A DNA stretch of 64,000 nt, from assembly GCA_000004985.1 (NCBI GenBank), contig GG738852.1; one strand, written 5' to 3'. This document shows positions 36,001 to 48,000 of this stretch, in pieces (position 1 is the stretch's first letter; each line of letters opens with the position of its first letter). The stretch is from Naegleria gruberi. Lineage: Eukaryota. Under the pieces are notes generated by a model. The model was not told the DNA's origin, ran no database searches, and saw nothing but the letters and a program-made list of their open reading frames with translations. Both the position numbers and the translations under genes were made by a program.

Positions 36001-39000
36001 NNNNNNNNNNNNNNNNNNNNNNNNNNNNNNNNNNNNNNNNNNNNNNNNNNNNNNNNNNNNNNNNNNNNNNNNNNNNNNNNNNNNNNNNNNNNNNNNNNNN
36101 NNNNNNNNNNNNNNNNNNNNNNNNNNNNNNNNNNNNNNNNNNNNNNNNNNNNNNNNNNNNNNNNNNNNNNNNNNNNNNNNNNNNNNNNNNNNNNNNNNNN
36201 NNNNNNNNNNNNNNNNNNNNNNNNNNNNNNNNNNNNNNNNNNNNNNNNNNNNNNNNNNNNNNNNNNNNNNNNNNNNNNNNNNNNNNNNNNNNNNNNNNNN
36301 NNNNNNNNNNNNNNNNNNNNNNNNNNNNNNNNNNNNNNNNNNNNNNNNNNNNNNNNNNNNNNNNNNNNNNNNNNNNNNNNNNNNNNNNNNNNNNNNNNNN
36401 NNNNNNNNNNNNNNNNNNNNNNNNNNNNNNNNNNNNNNNNNNNNNNNNNNNNNNNNNNNNNNNNNNNNNNNNNNNNNNNNNNNNNNNNNNNNNNNNNNNN
36501 NNNNNNNNNNNNNNNNNNNNNNNNNNNNNNNNNNNNNNNNNNNNNNNNNNNNNNNNNNNNNNNNNNNNNNNNNNNNNNNNNNNNNNNNNNNNNNNNNNNN
36601 NNNNNNNNNNNNNNNNNNNNNNNNNNNNNNNNNNNNNNNNNNNNNNNNNNNNNNNNNNNNNNNNNNNNNNNNNNNNNNNNNNNNNNNNNNNNNNNNNNNN
36701 NNNNNNNNNNNNNNNNNNNNNNNNNNNNNNNNNNNNNNNNNNNNNNNNNNNNNNNNNNNNNNNNNNNNNNNNNNNNNNNNNNNNNNNNNNNNNNNNNNNN
36801 NNNNNNNNNNNNNNNNNNNNNNNNNNNNNNNNNNNNNNNNNNNNNNNNNNNNNNNNNNNNNNNNNNNNNNNNNNNNNNNNNNNNNNNNNNNNNNNNNNNN
36901 NNNNNNNNNNNNNNNNNNNNNNNNNNNNNNNNNNNNNNNNNNNNNNNNNNNNNNNNNNNNNNNNNNNNNNNNNNNNNNNNNNNNNNNNNNNNNNNNNNNN
37001 NNNNNNNNNNNNNNNNNNNNNNNNNNNNNNNNNNNNNNNNNNNNNNNNNNNNNNNNNNNNNNNNNNNNNNNNNNNNNNNNNNNNNNNNNNNNNNNNNNNN
37101 NNNNNNNNNNNNNNNNNNNNNNNNNNNNNNNNNNNNNNNNNNNNNNNNNNNNNNNNNNNNNNNNNNNNNNNNNNNNNNNNNNNNNNNNNNNNNNNNNNNN
37201 NNNNNNNNNNNNNNNNNNNNNNNNNNNNNNNNNNNNNNNNNNNNNNNNNNNNNNNNNNNNNNNNNNNNNNNNNNNNNNNNNNNNNNNNNNNNNNNNNNNN
37301 NNNNNNNNNNNNNNNNNNNNNNNNNNNNNNNNNNNNNNNNNNNNNNNNNNNNNNNNNNNNNNNNNNNNNNNNNNNNNNNNNNNNNNNNNNNNNNNNNNNN
37401 NNNNNNNNNNNNNNNNNNNNNNNNNNNNNNNNNNNNNNNNNNNNNNNNNNNNNNNNNNNNNNNNNNNNNNNNNNNNNNNNNNNNNNNNNNNNNNNNNNNN
37501 NNNNNNNNNNNNNNNNNNNNNNNNNNNNNNNNNNNNNNNNNNNNNNNNNNNNNNNNNNNNNNNNNNNNNNNNNNNNNNNNNNNNNNNNNNNNNNNNNNNN
37601 NNNNNNNNNNNNNNNNNNNNNNNNNNNNNNNNNNNNNNNNNNNNNNNNNNNNNNNNNNNNNNNNNNNNNNNNNNNNNNNNNNNNNNNNNNNNNNNNNNNN
37701 NNNNNNNNNNNNNNNNNNNNNNNNNNNNNNNNNNNNNNNNNNNNNNNNNNNNNNNNNNNNNNNNNNNNNNNNNNNNNNNNNNNNNNNNNNNNNNNNNNNN
37801 NNNNNNNNNNNNNNNNNNNNNNNNNNNNNNNNNNNNNNNNNNNNNNNNNNNNNNNNNNNNNNNNNNNNNNNNNNNNNNNNNNNNNNNNNNNNNNNNNNNN
37901 NNNNNNNNNNNNNNNNNNNNNNNNNNNNNNNNNNNNNNNNNNNNNNNNNNNNNNNNNNNNNNNNNNNNNNNNNNNNNNNNNNNNNNNNNNNNNNNNNNNN
38001 NNNNNNNNNNNNNNNNNNNNNNNNNNNNNNNNNNNNNNNNNNNNNNNNNNNNNNNNNNNNNNNNNNNNNNNNNNNNNNNNNNNNNNNNNNNNNNNNNNNN
38101 NNNNNNNNNNNNNNNNNNNNNNNNNNNNNNNNNNNNNNNNNNNNNNNNNNNNNNNNNNNNNNNNNNNNNNNNNNNNNNNNNNNNNNNNNNNNNNNNNNNN
38201 NNNNNNNNNNNNNNNNNNNNNNNNNNNNNNNNNNNNNNNNNNNNNNNNNNNNNNNNNNNNNNNNNNNNNNNNNNNNNNNNNNNNNNNNNNNNNNNNNNNN
38301 NNNNNNNNNNNNNNNNNNNNNNNNNNNNNNNNNNNNNNNNNNNNNNNNNNNNNNNNNNNNNNNNNNNNNNNNNNNNNNNNNNNNNNNNNNNNNNNNNNNN
38401 NNNNNNNNNNNNNNNNNNNNNNNNNNNNNNNNNNNNNNNNNNNNNNNNNNNNNNNNNNNNNNNNNNNNNNNNNNNNNNNNNNNNNNNNNNNNNNNNNNNN
38501 NNNNNNNNNNNNNNNNNNNNNNNNNNNNNNNNNNNNNNNNNNNNNNNNNNNNNNNNNNNNNNNNNNNNNNNNNNNNNNNNNNNNNNNNNNNNNNNNNNNN
38601 NNNNNNNNNNNNNNNNNNNNNNNNNNNNNNNNNNNNNNNNNNNNNNNNNNNNNNNNNNNNNNNNNNNNNNNNNNNNNNNNNNNNNNNNNNNNNNNNNNNN
38701 NNNNNNNNNNNNNNNNNNNNNNNNNNNNNNNNNNNNNNNNNNNNNNNNNNNNNNNNNNNNNNNNNNNNNNNNNNNNNNNNNNNNNNNNNNNNNNNNNNNN
38801 NNNNNNNNNNNNNNNNNNNNNNNNNNNNNNNNNNNNNNNNNNNNNNNNNNNNNNNNNNNNNNNNNNNNNNNNNNNNNNNNNNNNNNNNNNNNNNNNNNNN
38901 NNNNNNNNNNNNNNNNNNNNNNNNNNNNNNNNNNNNNNNNNNNNNNNNNNNNNNNNNNNNNNNNNNNNNNNNNNNNNNNNNNNNNNNNNNNNNNNNNNNN

Positions 39001-42000
39001 NNNNNNNNNNNNNNNNNNNNNNNNNNNNNNNNNNNNNNNNNNNNNNNNNNNNNNNNNNNNNNNNNNNNNNNNNNNNNNNNNNNNNNNNNNNNNNNNNNNN
39101 NNNNNNNNNNNNNNNNNNNNNNNNNNNNNNNNNNNNNNNNNNNNNNNNNNNNNNNNNNNNNNNNNNNNNNNNNNNNNNNNNNNNNNNNNNNNNNNNNNNN
39201 NNNNNNNNNNNNNNNNNNNNNNNNNNNNNNNNNNNNNNNNNNNNNNNNNNNNNNNNNNNNNNNNNNNNNNNNNNNNNNNNNNNNNNNNNNNNNNNNNNNN
39301 NNNNNNNNNNNNNNNNNNNNNNNNNNNNNNNNNNNNNNNNNNNNNNNNNNNNNNNNNNNNNNNNNNNNNNNNNNNNNNNNNNNNNNNNNNNNNNNNNNNN
39401 NNNNNNNNNNNNNNNNNNNNNNNNNNNNNNNNNNNNNNNNNNNNNNNNNNNNNNNNNNNNNNNNNNNNNNNNNNNNNNNNNNNNNNNNNNNNNNNNNNNN
39501 NNNNNNNNNNNNNNNNNNNNNNNNNNNNNNNNNNNNNNNNNNNNNNNNNNNNNNNNNNNNNNNNNNNNNNNNNNNNNNNNNNNNNNNNNNNNNNNNNNNN
39601 NNNNNNNNNNNNNNNNNNNNNNNNNNNNNNNNNNNNNNNNNNNNNNNNNNNNNNNNNNNNNNNNNNNNNNNNNNNNNNNNNNNNNNNNNNNNNNNNNNNN
39701 NNNNNNNNNNNNNNNNNNNNNNNNNNNNNNNNNNNNNNNNNNNNNNNNNNNNNNNNNNNNNNNNNNNNNNNNNNNNNNNNNNNNNNNNNNNNNNNNNNNN
39801 NNNNNNNNNNNNNNNNNNNNNNNNNNNNNNNNNNNNNNNNNNNNNNNNNNNNNNNNNNNNNNNNNNNNNNNNNNNNNNNNNNNNNNNNNNNNNNNNNNNN
39901 NNNNNNNNNNNNNNNNNNNNNNNNNNNNNNNNNNNNNNNNNNNNNNNNNNNNNNNNNNNNNNNNNNNNNNNNNNNNNNNNNNNNNNNNNNNNNNNNNNNN
40001 NNNNNNNNNNNNNNNNNNNNNNNNNNNNNNNNNNNNNNNNNNNNNNNNNNNNNNNNNNNNNNNNNNNNNNNNNNNNNNNNNNNNNNNNNNNNNNNNNNNN
40101 NNNNNNNNNNNNNNNNNNNNNNNNNNNNNNNNNNNNNNNNNNNNNNNNNNNNNNNNNNNNNNNNNNNNNNNNNNNNNNNNNNNNNNNNNNNNNNNNNNNN
40201 NNNNNNNNNNNNNNNNNNNNNNNNNNNNNNNNNNNNNNNNNNNNNNNNNNNNNNNNNNNNNNNNNNNNNNNNNNNNNNNNNNNNNNNNNNNNNNNNNNNN
40301 NNNNNNNNNNNNNNNNNNNNNNNNNNNNNNNNNNNNNNNNNNNNNNNNNNNNNNNNNNNNNNNNNNNNNNNNNNNNNNNNNNNNNNNNNNNNNNNNNNNN
40401 NNNNNNNNNNNNNNNNNNNNNNNNNNNNNNNNNNNNNNNNNNNNNNNNNNNNNNNNNNNNNNNNNNNNNNNNNNNNNNNNNNNNNNNNNNNNNNNNNNNN
40501 NNNNNNNNNNNNNNNNNNNNNNNNNNNNNNNNNNNNNNNNNNNNNNNNNNNNNNNNNNNNNNNNNNNNNNNNNNNNNNNNNNNNNNNNNNNNNNNNNNNN
40601 NNNNNNNNNNNNNNNNNNNNNNNNNNNNNNNNNNNNNNNNNNNNNNNNNNNNNNNNNNNNNNNNNNNNNNNNNNNNNNNNNNNNNNNNNNNNNNNNNNNN
40701 NNNNNNNNNNNNNNNNNNNNNNNNNNNNNNNNNNNNNNNNNNNNNNNNNNNNNNNNNNNNNNNNNNNNNNNNNNNNNNNNNNNNNNNNNNNNNNNNNNNN
40801 NNNNNNNNNNNNNNNNNNNNNNNNNNNNNNNNNNNNNNNNNNNNNNNNNNNNNNNNNNNNNNNNNNNNNNNNNNNNNNNNNNNNNNNNNNNNNNNNNNNN
40901 NNNNNNNNNNNNNNNNNNNNNNNNNNNNNNNNNNNNNNNNNNNNNNNNNNNNNNNNNNNNNNNNNNNNNNNNNNNNNNNNNNNNNNNNNNNNNNNNNNNN
41001 NNNNNNNNNNNNNNNNNNNNNNNNNNNNNNNNNNNNNNNNNNNNNNNNNNNNNNNNNNNNNNNNNNNNNNNNNNNNNNNNNNNNNNNNNNNNNNNNNNNN
41101 NNNNNNNNNNNNNNNNNNNNNNNNNNNNNNNNNNNNNNNNNNNNNNNNNNNNNNNNNNNNNNNNNNNNNNNNNNNNNNNNNNNNNNNNNNNNNNNNNNNN
41201 NNNNNNNNNNNNNNNNNNNNNNNNNNNNNNNNNNNNNNNNNNNNNNNNNNNNNNNNNNNNNNNNNNNNNNNNNNNNNNNNNNNNNNNNNNNNNNNNNNNN
41301 NNNNNNNNNNNNNNNNNNNNNNNNNNNNNNNNNNNNNNNNNNNNNNNNNNNNNNNNNNNNNNNNNNNNNNNNNNNNNNNNNNNNNNNNNNNNNNNNNNNN
41401 NNNNNNNNNNNNNNNNNNNNNNNNNNNNNNNNNNNNNNNNNNNNNNNNNNNNNNNNNNNNNNNNNNNNNNNNNNNNNNNNNNNNNNNNNNNNNNNNNNNN
41501 NNNNNNNNNNNNNNNNNNNNNNNNNNNNNNNNNNNNNNNNNNNNNNNNNNNNNNNNNNNNNNNNNNNNNNNNNNNNNNNNNNNNNNNNNNNNNNNNNNNN
41601 NNNNNNNNNNNNNNNNNNNNNNNNNNNNNNNNNNNNNNNNNNNNNNNNNNNNNNNNNNNNNNNNNNNNNNNNNNNNNNNNNNNNNNNNNNNNNNNNNNNN
41701 NNNNNNNNNNNNNNNNNNNNNNNNNNNNNNNNNNNNNNNNNNNNNNNNNNNNNNNNNNNNNNNNNNNNNNNNNNNNNNNNNNNNNNNNNNNNNNNNNNNN
41801 NNNNNNNNNNNNNNNNNNNNNNNNNNNNNNNNNNNNNNNNNNNNNNNNNNNNNNNNNNNNNNNNNNNNNNNNNNNNNNNNNNNNNNNNNNNNNNNNNNNN
41901 NNNNNNNNNNNNNNNNNNNNNNNNNNNNNNNNNNNNNNNNNNNNNNNNNNNNNNNNNNNNNNNNNNNNNNNNNNNNNNNNNNNNNNNNNNNNNNNNNNNN

Positions 42001-45000
42001 NNNNNNNNNNNNNNNNNNNNNNNNNNNNNNNNNNNNNNNNNNNNNNNNNNNNNNNNNNNNNNNNNNNNNNNNNNNNNNNNNNNNNNNNNNNNNNNNNNNN
42101 NNNNNNNNNNNNNNNNNNNNNNNNNNNNNNNNNNNNNNNNNNNNNNNNNNNNNNNNNNNNNNNNNNNNNNNNNNNNNNNNNNNNNNNNNNNNNNNNNNNN
42201 NNNNNNNNNNNNNNNNNNNNNNNNNNNNNNNNNNNNNNNNNNNNNNNNNNNNNNNNNNNNNNNNNNNNNNNNNNNNNNNNNNNNNNNNNNNNNNNNNNNN
42301 NNNNNNNNNNNNNNNNNNNNNNNNNNNNNNNNNNNNNNNNNNNNNNNNNNNNNNNNNNNNNNNNNNNNNNNNNNNNNNNNNNNNNNNNNNNNNNNNNNNN
42401 NNNNNNNNNNNNNNNNNNNNNNNNNNNNNNNNNNNNNNNNNNNNNNNNNNNNNNNNNNNNNNNNNNNNNNNNNNNNNNNNNNNNNNNNNNNNNNNNNNNN
42501 NNNNNNNNNNNNNNNNNNNNNNNNNNNNNNNNNNNNNNNNNNNNNNNNNNNNNNNNNNNNNNNNNNNNNNNNNNNNNNNNNNNNNNNNNNNNNNNNNNNN
42601 NNNNNNNNNNNNNNNNNNNNNNNNNNNNNNNNNNNNNNNNNNNNNNNNNNNNNNNNNNNNNNNNNNNNNNNNNNNNNNNNNNNNNNNNNNNNNNNNNNNN
42701 NNNNNNNNNNNNNNNNNNNNNNNNNNNNNNNNNNNNNNNNNNNNNNNNNNNNNNNNNNNNNNNNNNNNNNNNNNNNNNNNNNNNNNNNNNNNNNNNNNNN
42801 NNNNNNNNNNNNNNNNNNNNNNNNNNNNNNNNNNNNNNNNNNNNNNNNNNNNNNNNNNNNNNNNNNNNNNNNNNNNNNNNNNNNNNNNNNNNNNNNNNNN
42901 NNNNNNNNNNNNNNNNNNNNNNNNNNNNNNNNNNNNNNNNNNNNNNNNNNNNNNNNNNNNNNNNNNNNNNNNNNNNNNNNNNNNNNNNNNNNNNNNNNNN
43001 NNNNNNNNNNNNNNNNNNNNNNNNNNNNNNNNNNNNNNNNNNNNNNNNNNNNNNNNNNNNNNNNNNNNNNNNNNNNNNNNNNNNNNNNNNNNNNNNNNNN
43101 NNNNNNNNNNNNNNNNNNNNNNNNNNNNNNNNNNNNNNNNNNNNNNNNNNNNNNNNNNNNNNNNNNNNNNNNNNNNNNNNNNNNNNNNNNNNNNNNNNNN
43201 NNNNNNNNNNNNNNNNNNNNNNNNNNNNNNNNNNNNNNNNNNNNNNNNNNNNNNNNNNNNNNNNNNNNNNNNNNNNNNNNNNNNNNNNNNNNNNNNNNNN
43301 NNNNNNNNNNNNNNNNNNNNNNNNNNNNNNNNNNNNNNNNNNNNNNNNNNNNNNNNNNNNNNNNNNNNNNNNNNNNNNNNNNNNNNNNNNNNNNNNNNNN
43401 NNNNNNNNNNNNNNNNNNNNNNNNNNNNNNNNNNNNNNNNNNNNNNNNNNNNNNNNNNNNNNNNNNNNNNNNNNNNNNNNNNNNNNNNNNNNNNNNNNNN
43501 NNNNNNNNNNNNNNNNNNNNNNNNNNNNNNNNNNNNNNNNNNNNNNNNNNNNNNNNNNNNNNNNNNNNNNNNNNNNNNNNNNNNNNNNNNNNNNNNNNNN
43601 NNNNNNNNNNNNNNNNNNNNNNNNNNNNNNNNNNNNNNNNNNNNNNNNNNNNNNNNNNNNNNNNNNNNNNNNNNNNNNNNNNNNNNNNNNNNNNNNNNNN
43701 NNNNNNNNNNNNNNNNNNNNNNNNNNNNNNNNNNNNNNNNNNNNNNNNNNNNNNNNNNNNNNNNNNNNNNNNNNNNNNNNNNNNNNNNNNNNNNNNNNNN
43801 NNNNNNNNNNNNNNNNNNNNNNNNNNNNNNNNNNNNNNNNNNNNNNNNNNNNNNNNNNNNNNNNNNNNNNNNNNNNNNNNNNNNNNNNNNNNNNNNNNNN
43901 NNNNNNNNNNNNNNNNNNNNNNNNNNNNNNNNNNNNNNNNNNNNNNNNNNNNNNNNNNNNNNNNNNNNNNNNNNNNNNNNNNNNNNNNNNNNNNNNNNNN
44001 NNNNNNNNNNNNNNNNNNNNNNNNNNNNNNNNNNNNNNNNNNNNNNNNNNNNNNNNNNNNNNNNNNNNNNNNNNNNNNNNNNNNNNNNNNNNNNNNNNNN
44101 NNNNNNNNNNNNNNNNNNNNNNNNNNNNNNNNNNNNNNNNNNNNNNNNNNNNNNNNNNNNNNNNNNNNNNNNNNNNNNNNNNNNNNNNNNNNNNNNNNNN
44201 NNNNNNNNNNNNNNNNNNNNNNNNNNNNNNNNNNNNNNNNNNNNNNNNNNNNNNNNNNNNNNNNNNNNNNNNNNNNNNNNNNNNNNNNNNNNNNNNNNNN
44301 NNNNNNNNNNNNNNNNNNNNNNNNNNNNNNNNNNNNNNNNNNNNNNNNNNNNNNNNNNNNNNNNNNNNNNNNNNNNNNNNNNNNNNNNNNNNNNNNNNNN
44401 NNNNNNNNNNNNNNNNNNNNNNNNNNNNNNNNNNNNNNNNNNNNNNNNNNNNNNNNNNNNNNNNNNNNNNNNNNNNNNNNNNNNNNNNNNNNNNNNNNNN
44501 NNNNNNNNNNNNNNNNNNNNNNNNNNNNNNNNNNNNNNNNNNNNNNNNNNNNNNNNNNNNNNNNNNNNNNNNNNNNNNNNNNNNNNNNNNNNNNNNNNNN
44601 NNNNNNNNNNNNNNNNNNNNNNNNNNNNNNNNNNNNNNNNNNNNNNNNNNNNNNNNNNNNNNNNNNNNNNNNNNNNNNNNNNNNNNNNNNNNNNNNNNNN
44701 NNNNNNNNNNNNNNNNNNNNNNNNNNNNNNNNNNNNNNNNNNNNNNNNNNNNNNNNNNNNNNNNNNNNNNNNNNNNNNNNNNNNNNNNNNNNNNNNNNNN
44801 NNNNNNNNNNNNNNNNNNNNNNNNNNNNNNNNNNNNNNNNNNNNNNNNNNNNNNNNNNNNNNNNNNNNNNNNNNNNNNNNNNNNNNNNNNNNNNNNNNNN
44901 NNNNNNNNNNNNNNNNNNNNNNNNNNNNNNNNNNNNNNNNNNNNNNNNNNNNNNNNNNNNNNNNNNNNNNNNNNNNNNNNNNNNNNNNNNNNNNNNNNNN

Positions 45001-48000
45001 NNNNNNNNNNNNNNNNNNNNNNNNNNNNNNNNNNNNNNNNNNNNNNNNNNNNNNNNNNNNNNNNNNNNNNNNNNNNNNNNNNNNNNNNNNNNNNNNNNNN
45101 NNNNNNNNNNNNNNNNNNNNNNNNNNNNNNNNNNNNNNNNNNNNNNNNNNNNNNNNNNNNNNNNNNNNNNNNNNNNNNNNNNNNNNNNNNNNNNNNNNNN
45201 NNNNNNNNNNNNNNNNNNNNNNNNNNNNNNNNNNNNNNNNNNNNNNNNNNNNNNNNNNNNNNNNNNNNNNNNNNNNNNNNNNNNNNNNNNNNNNNNNNNN
45301 NNNNNNNNNNNNNNNNNNNNNNNNNNNNNNNNNNNNNNNNNNNNNNNNNNNNNNNNNNNNNNNNNNNNNNNNNNNNNNNNNNNNNNNNNNNNNNNNNNNN
45401 NNNNNNNNNNNNNNNNNNNNNNNNNNNNNNNNNNNNNNNNNNNNNNNNNNNNNNNNNNNNNNNNNNNNNNNNNNNNNNNNNNNNNNNNNNNNNNNNNNNN
45501 NNNNNNNNNNNNNNNNNNNNNNNNNNNNNNNNNNNNNNNNNNNNNNNNNNNNNNNNNNNNNNNNNNNNNNNNNNNNNNNNNNNNNNNNNNNNNNNNNNNN
45601 NNNNNNNNNNNNNNNNNNNNNNNNNNNNNNNNNNNNNNNNNNNNNNNNNNNNNNNNNNNNNNNNNNNNNNNNNNNNNNNNNNNNNNNNNNNNNNNNNNNN
45701 NNNNNNNNNNNNNNNNNNNNNNNNNNNNNNNNNNNNNNNNNNNNNNNNNNNNNNNNNNNNNNNNNNNNNNNNNNNNNNNNNNNNNNNNNNNNNNNNNNNN
45801 NNNNNNNNNNNNNNNNNNNNNNNNNNNNNNNNNNNNNNNNNNNNNNNNNNNNNNNNNNNNNNNNNNNNNNNNNNNNNNNNNNNNNNNNNNNNNNNNNNNN
45901 NNNNNNNNNNNNNNNNNNNNNNNNNNNNNNNNNNNNNNNNNNNNNNNNNNNNNNNNNNNNNNNNNNNNNNNNNNNNNNNNNNNNNNNNNNNNNNNNNNNN
46001 NNNNNNNNNNNNNNNNNNNNNNNNNNNNNNNNNNNNNNNNNNNNNNNNNNNNNNNNNNNNNNNNNNNNNNNNNNNNNNNNNNNNNNNNNNNNNNNNNNNN
46101 NNNNNNNNNNNNNNNNNNNNNNNNNNNNNNNNNNNNNNNNNNNNNNNNNNNNNNNNNNNNNNNNNNNNNNNNNNNNNNNNNNNNNNNNNNNNNNNNNNNN
46201 NNNNNNNNNNNNNNNNNNNNNNNNNNNNNNNNNNNNNNNNNNNNNNNNNNNNNNNNNNNNNNNNNNNNNNNNNNNNNNNNNNNNNNNNNNNNNNNNNNNN
46301 NNNNNNNNNNNNNNNNNNNNNNNNNNNNNNNNNNNNNNNNNNNNNNNNNNNNNNNNNNNNNNNNNNNNNNNNNNNNNNNNNNNNNNNNNNNNNNNNNNNN
46401 NNNNNNNNNNNNNNNNNNNNNNNNNNNNNNNNNNNNNNNNNNNNNNNNNNNNNNNNNNNNNNNNNNNNNNNNNNNNNNNNNNNNNNNNNNNNNNNNNNNN
46501 NNNNNNNNNNNNNNNNNNNNNNNNNNNNNNNNNNNNNNNNNNNNNNNNNNNNNNNNNNNNNNNNNNNNNNNNNNNNNNNNNNNNNNNNNNNNNNNNNNNN
46601 NNNNNNNNNNNNNNNNNNNNNNNNNNNNNNNNNNNNNNNNNNNNNNNNNNNNNNNNNNNNNNNNNNNNNNNNNNNNNNNNNNNNNNNNNNNNNNNNNNNN
46701 NNNNNNNNNNNNNNNNNNNNNNNNNNNNNNNNNNNNNNNNNNNNNNNNNNNNNNNNNNNNNNNNNNNNNNNNNNNNNNNNNNNNNNNNNNNNNNNNNNNN
46801 NNNNNNNNNNNNNNNNNNNNNNNNNNNNNNNNNNNNNNNNNNNNNNNNNNNNNNNNNNNNNNNNNNNNNNNNNNNNNNNNNNNNNNNNNNNNNNNNNNNN
46901 NNNNNNNNNNNNNNNNNNNNNNNNNNNNNNNNNNNNNNNNNNNNNNNNNNNNNNNNNNNNNNNNNNNNNNNNNNNNNNNNNNNNNNNNNNNNNNNNNNNN
47001 NNNNNNNNNNNNNNNNNNNNNNNNNNNNNNNNNNNNNNNNNNNNNNNNNNNNNNNNNNNNNNNNNNNNNNNNNNNNNNNNNNNNNNNNNNNNNNNNNNNN
47101 NNNNNNNNNNNNNNNNNNNNNNNNNNNNNNNNNNNNNNNNNNNNNNNNNNNNNNNNNNNNNNNNNNNNNNNNNNNNNNNNNNNNNNNNNNNNNNNNNNNN
47201 NNNNNNNNNNNNNNNNNNNNNNNNNNNNNNNNNNNNNNNNNNNNNNNNNNNNNNNNNNNNNNNNNNNNNNNNNNNNNNNNNNNNNNNNNNNNNNNNNNNN
47301 NNNNNNNNNNNNNNNNNNNNNNNNNNNNNNNNNNNNNNNNNNNNNNNNNNNNNNNNNNNNNNNNNNNNNNNNNNNNNNNNNNNNNNNNNNNNNNNNNNNN
47401 NNNNNNNNNNNNNNNNNNNNNNNNNNNNNNNNNNNNNNNNNNNNNNNNNNNNNNNNNNNNNNNNNNNNNNNNNNNNNNNNNNNNNNNNNNNNNNNNNNNN
47501 NNNNNNNNNNNNNNNNNNNNNNNNNNNNNNNNNNNNNNNNNNNNNNNNNNNNNNNNNNNNNNNNNNNNNNNNNNNNNNNNNNNNNNNNNNNNNNNNNNNN
47601 NNNNNNNNNNNNNNNNNNNNNNNNNNNNNNNNNNNNNNNNNNNNNNNNNNNNNNNNNNNNNNNNNNNNNNNNNNNNNNNNNNNNNNNNNNNNNNNNNNNN
47701 NNNNNNNNNNNNNNNNNNNNNNNNNNNNNNNNNNNNNNNNNNNNNNNNNNNNNNNNNNNNNNNNNNNNNNNNNNNNNNNNNNNNNNNNNNNNNNNNNNNN
47801 NNNNNNNNNNNNNNNNNNNNNNNNNNNNNNNNNNNNNNNNNNNNNNNNNNNNNNNNNNNNNNNNNNNNNNNNNNNNNNNNNNNNNNNNNNNNNNNNNNNN
47901 NNNNNNNNNNNNNNNNNNNNNNNNNNNNNNNNNNNNNNNNNNNNNNNNNNNNNNNNNNNNNNNNNNNNNNNNNNNNNNNNNNNNNNNNNNNNNNNNNNNN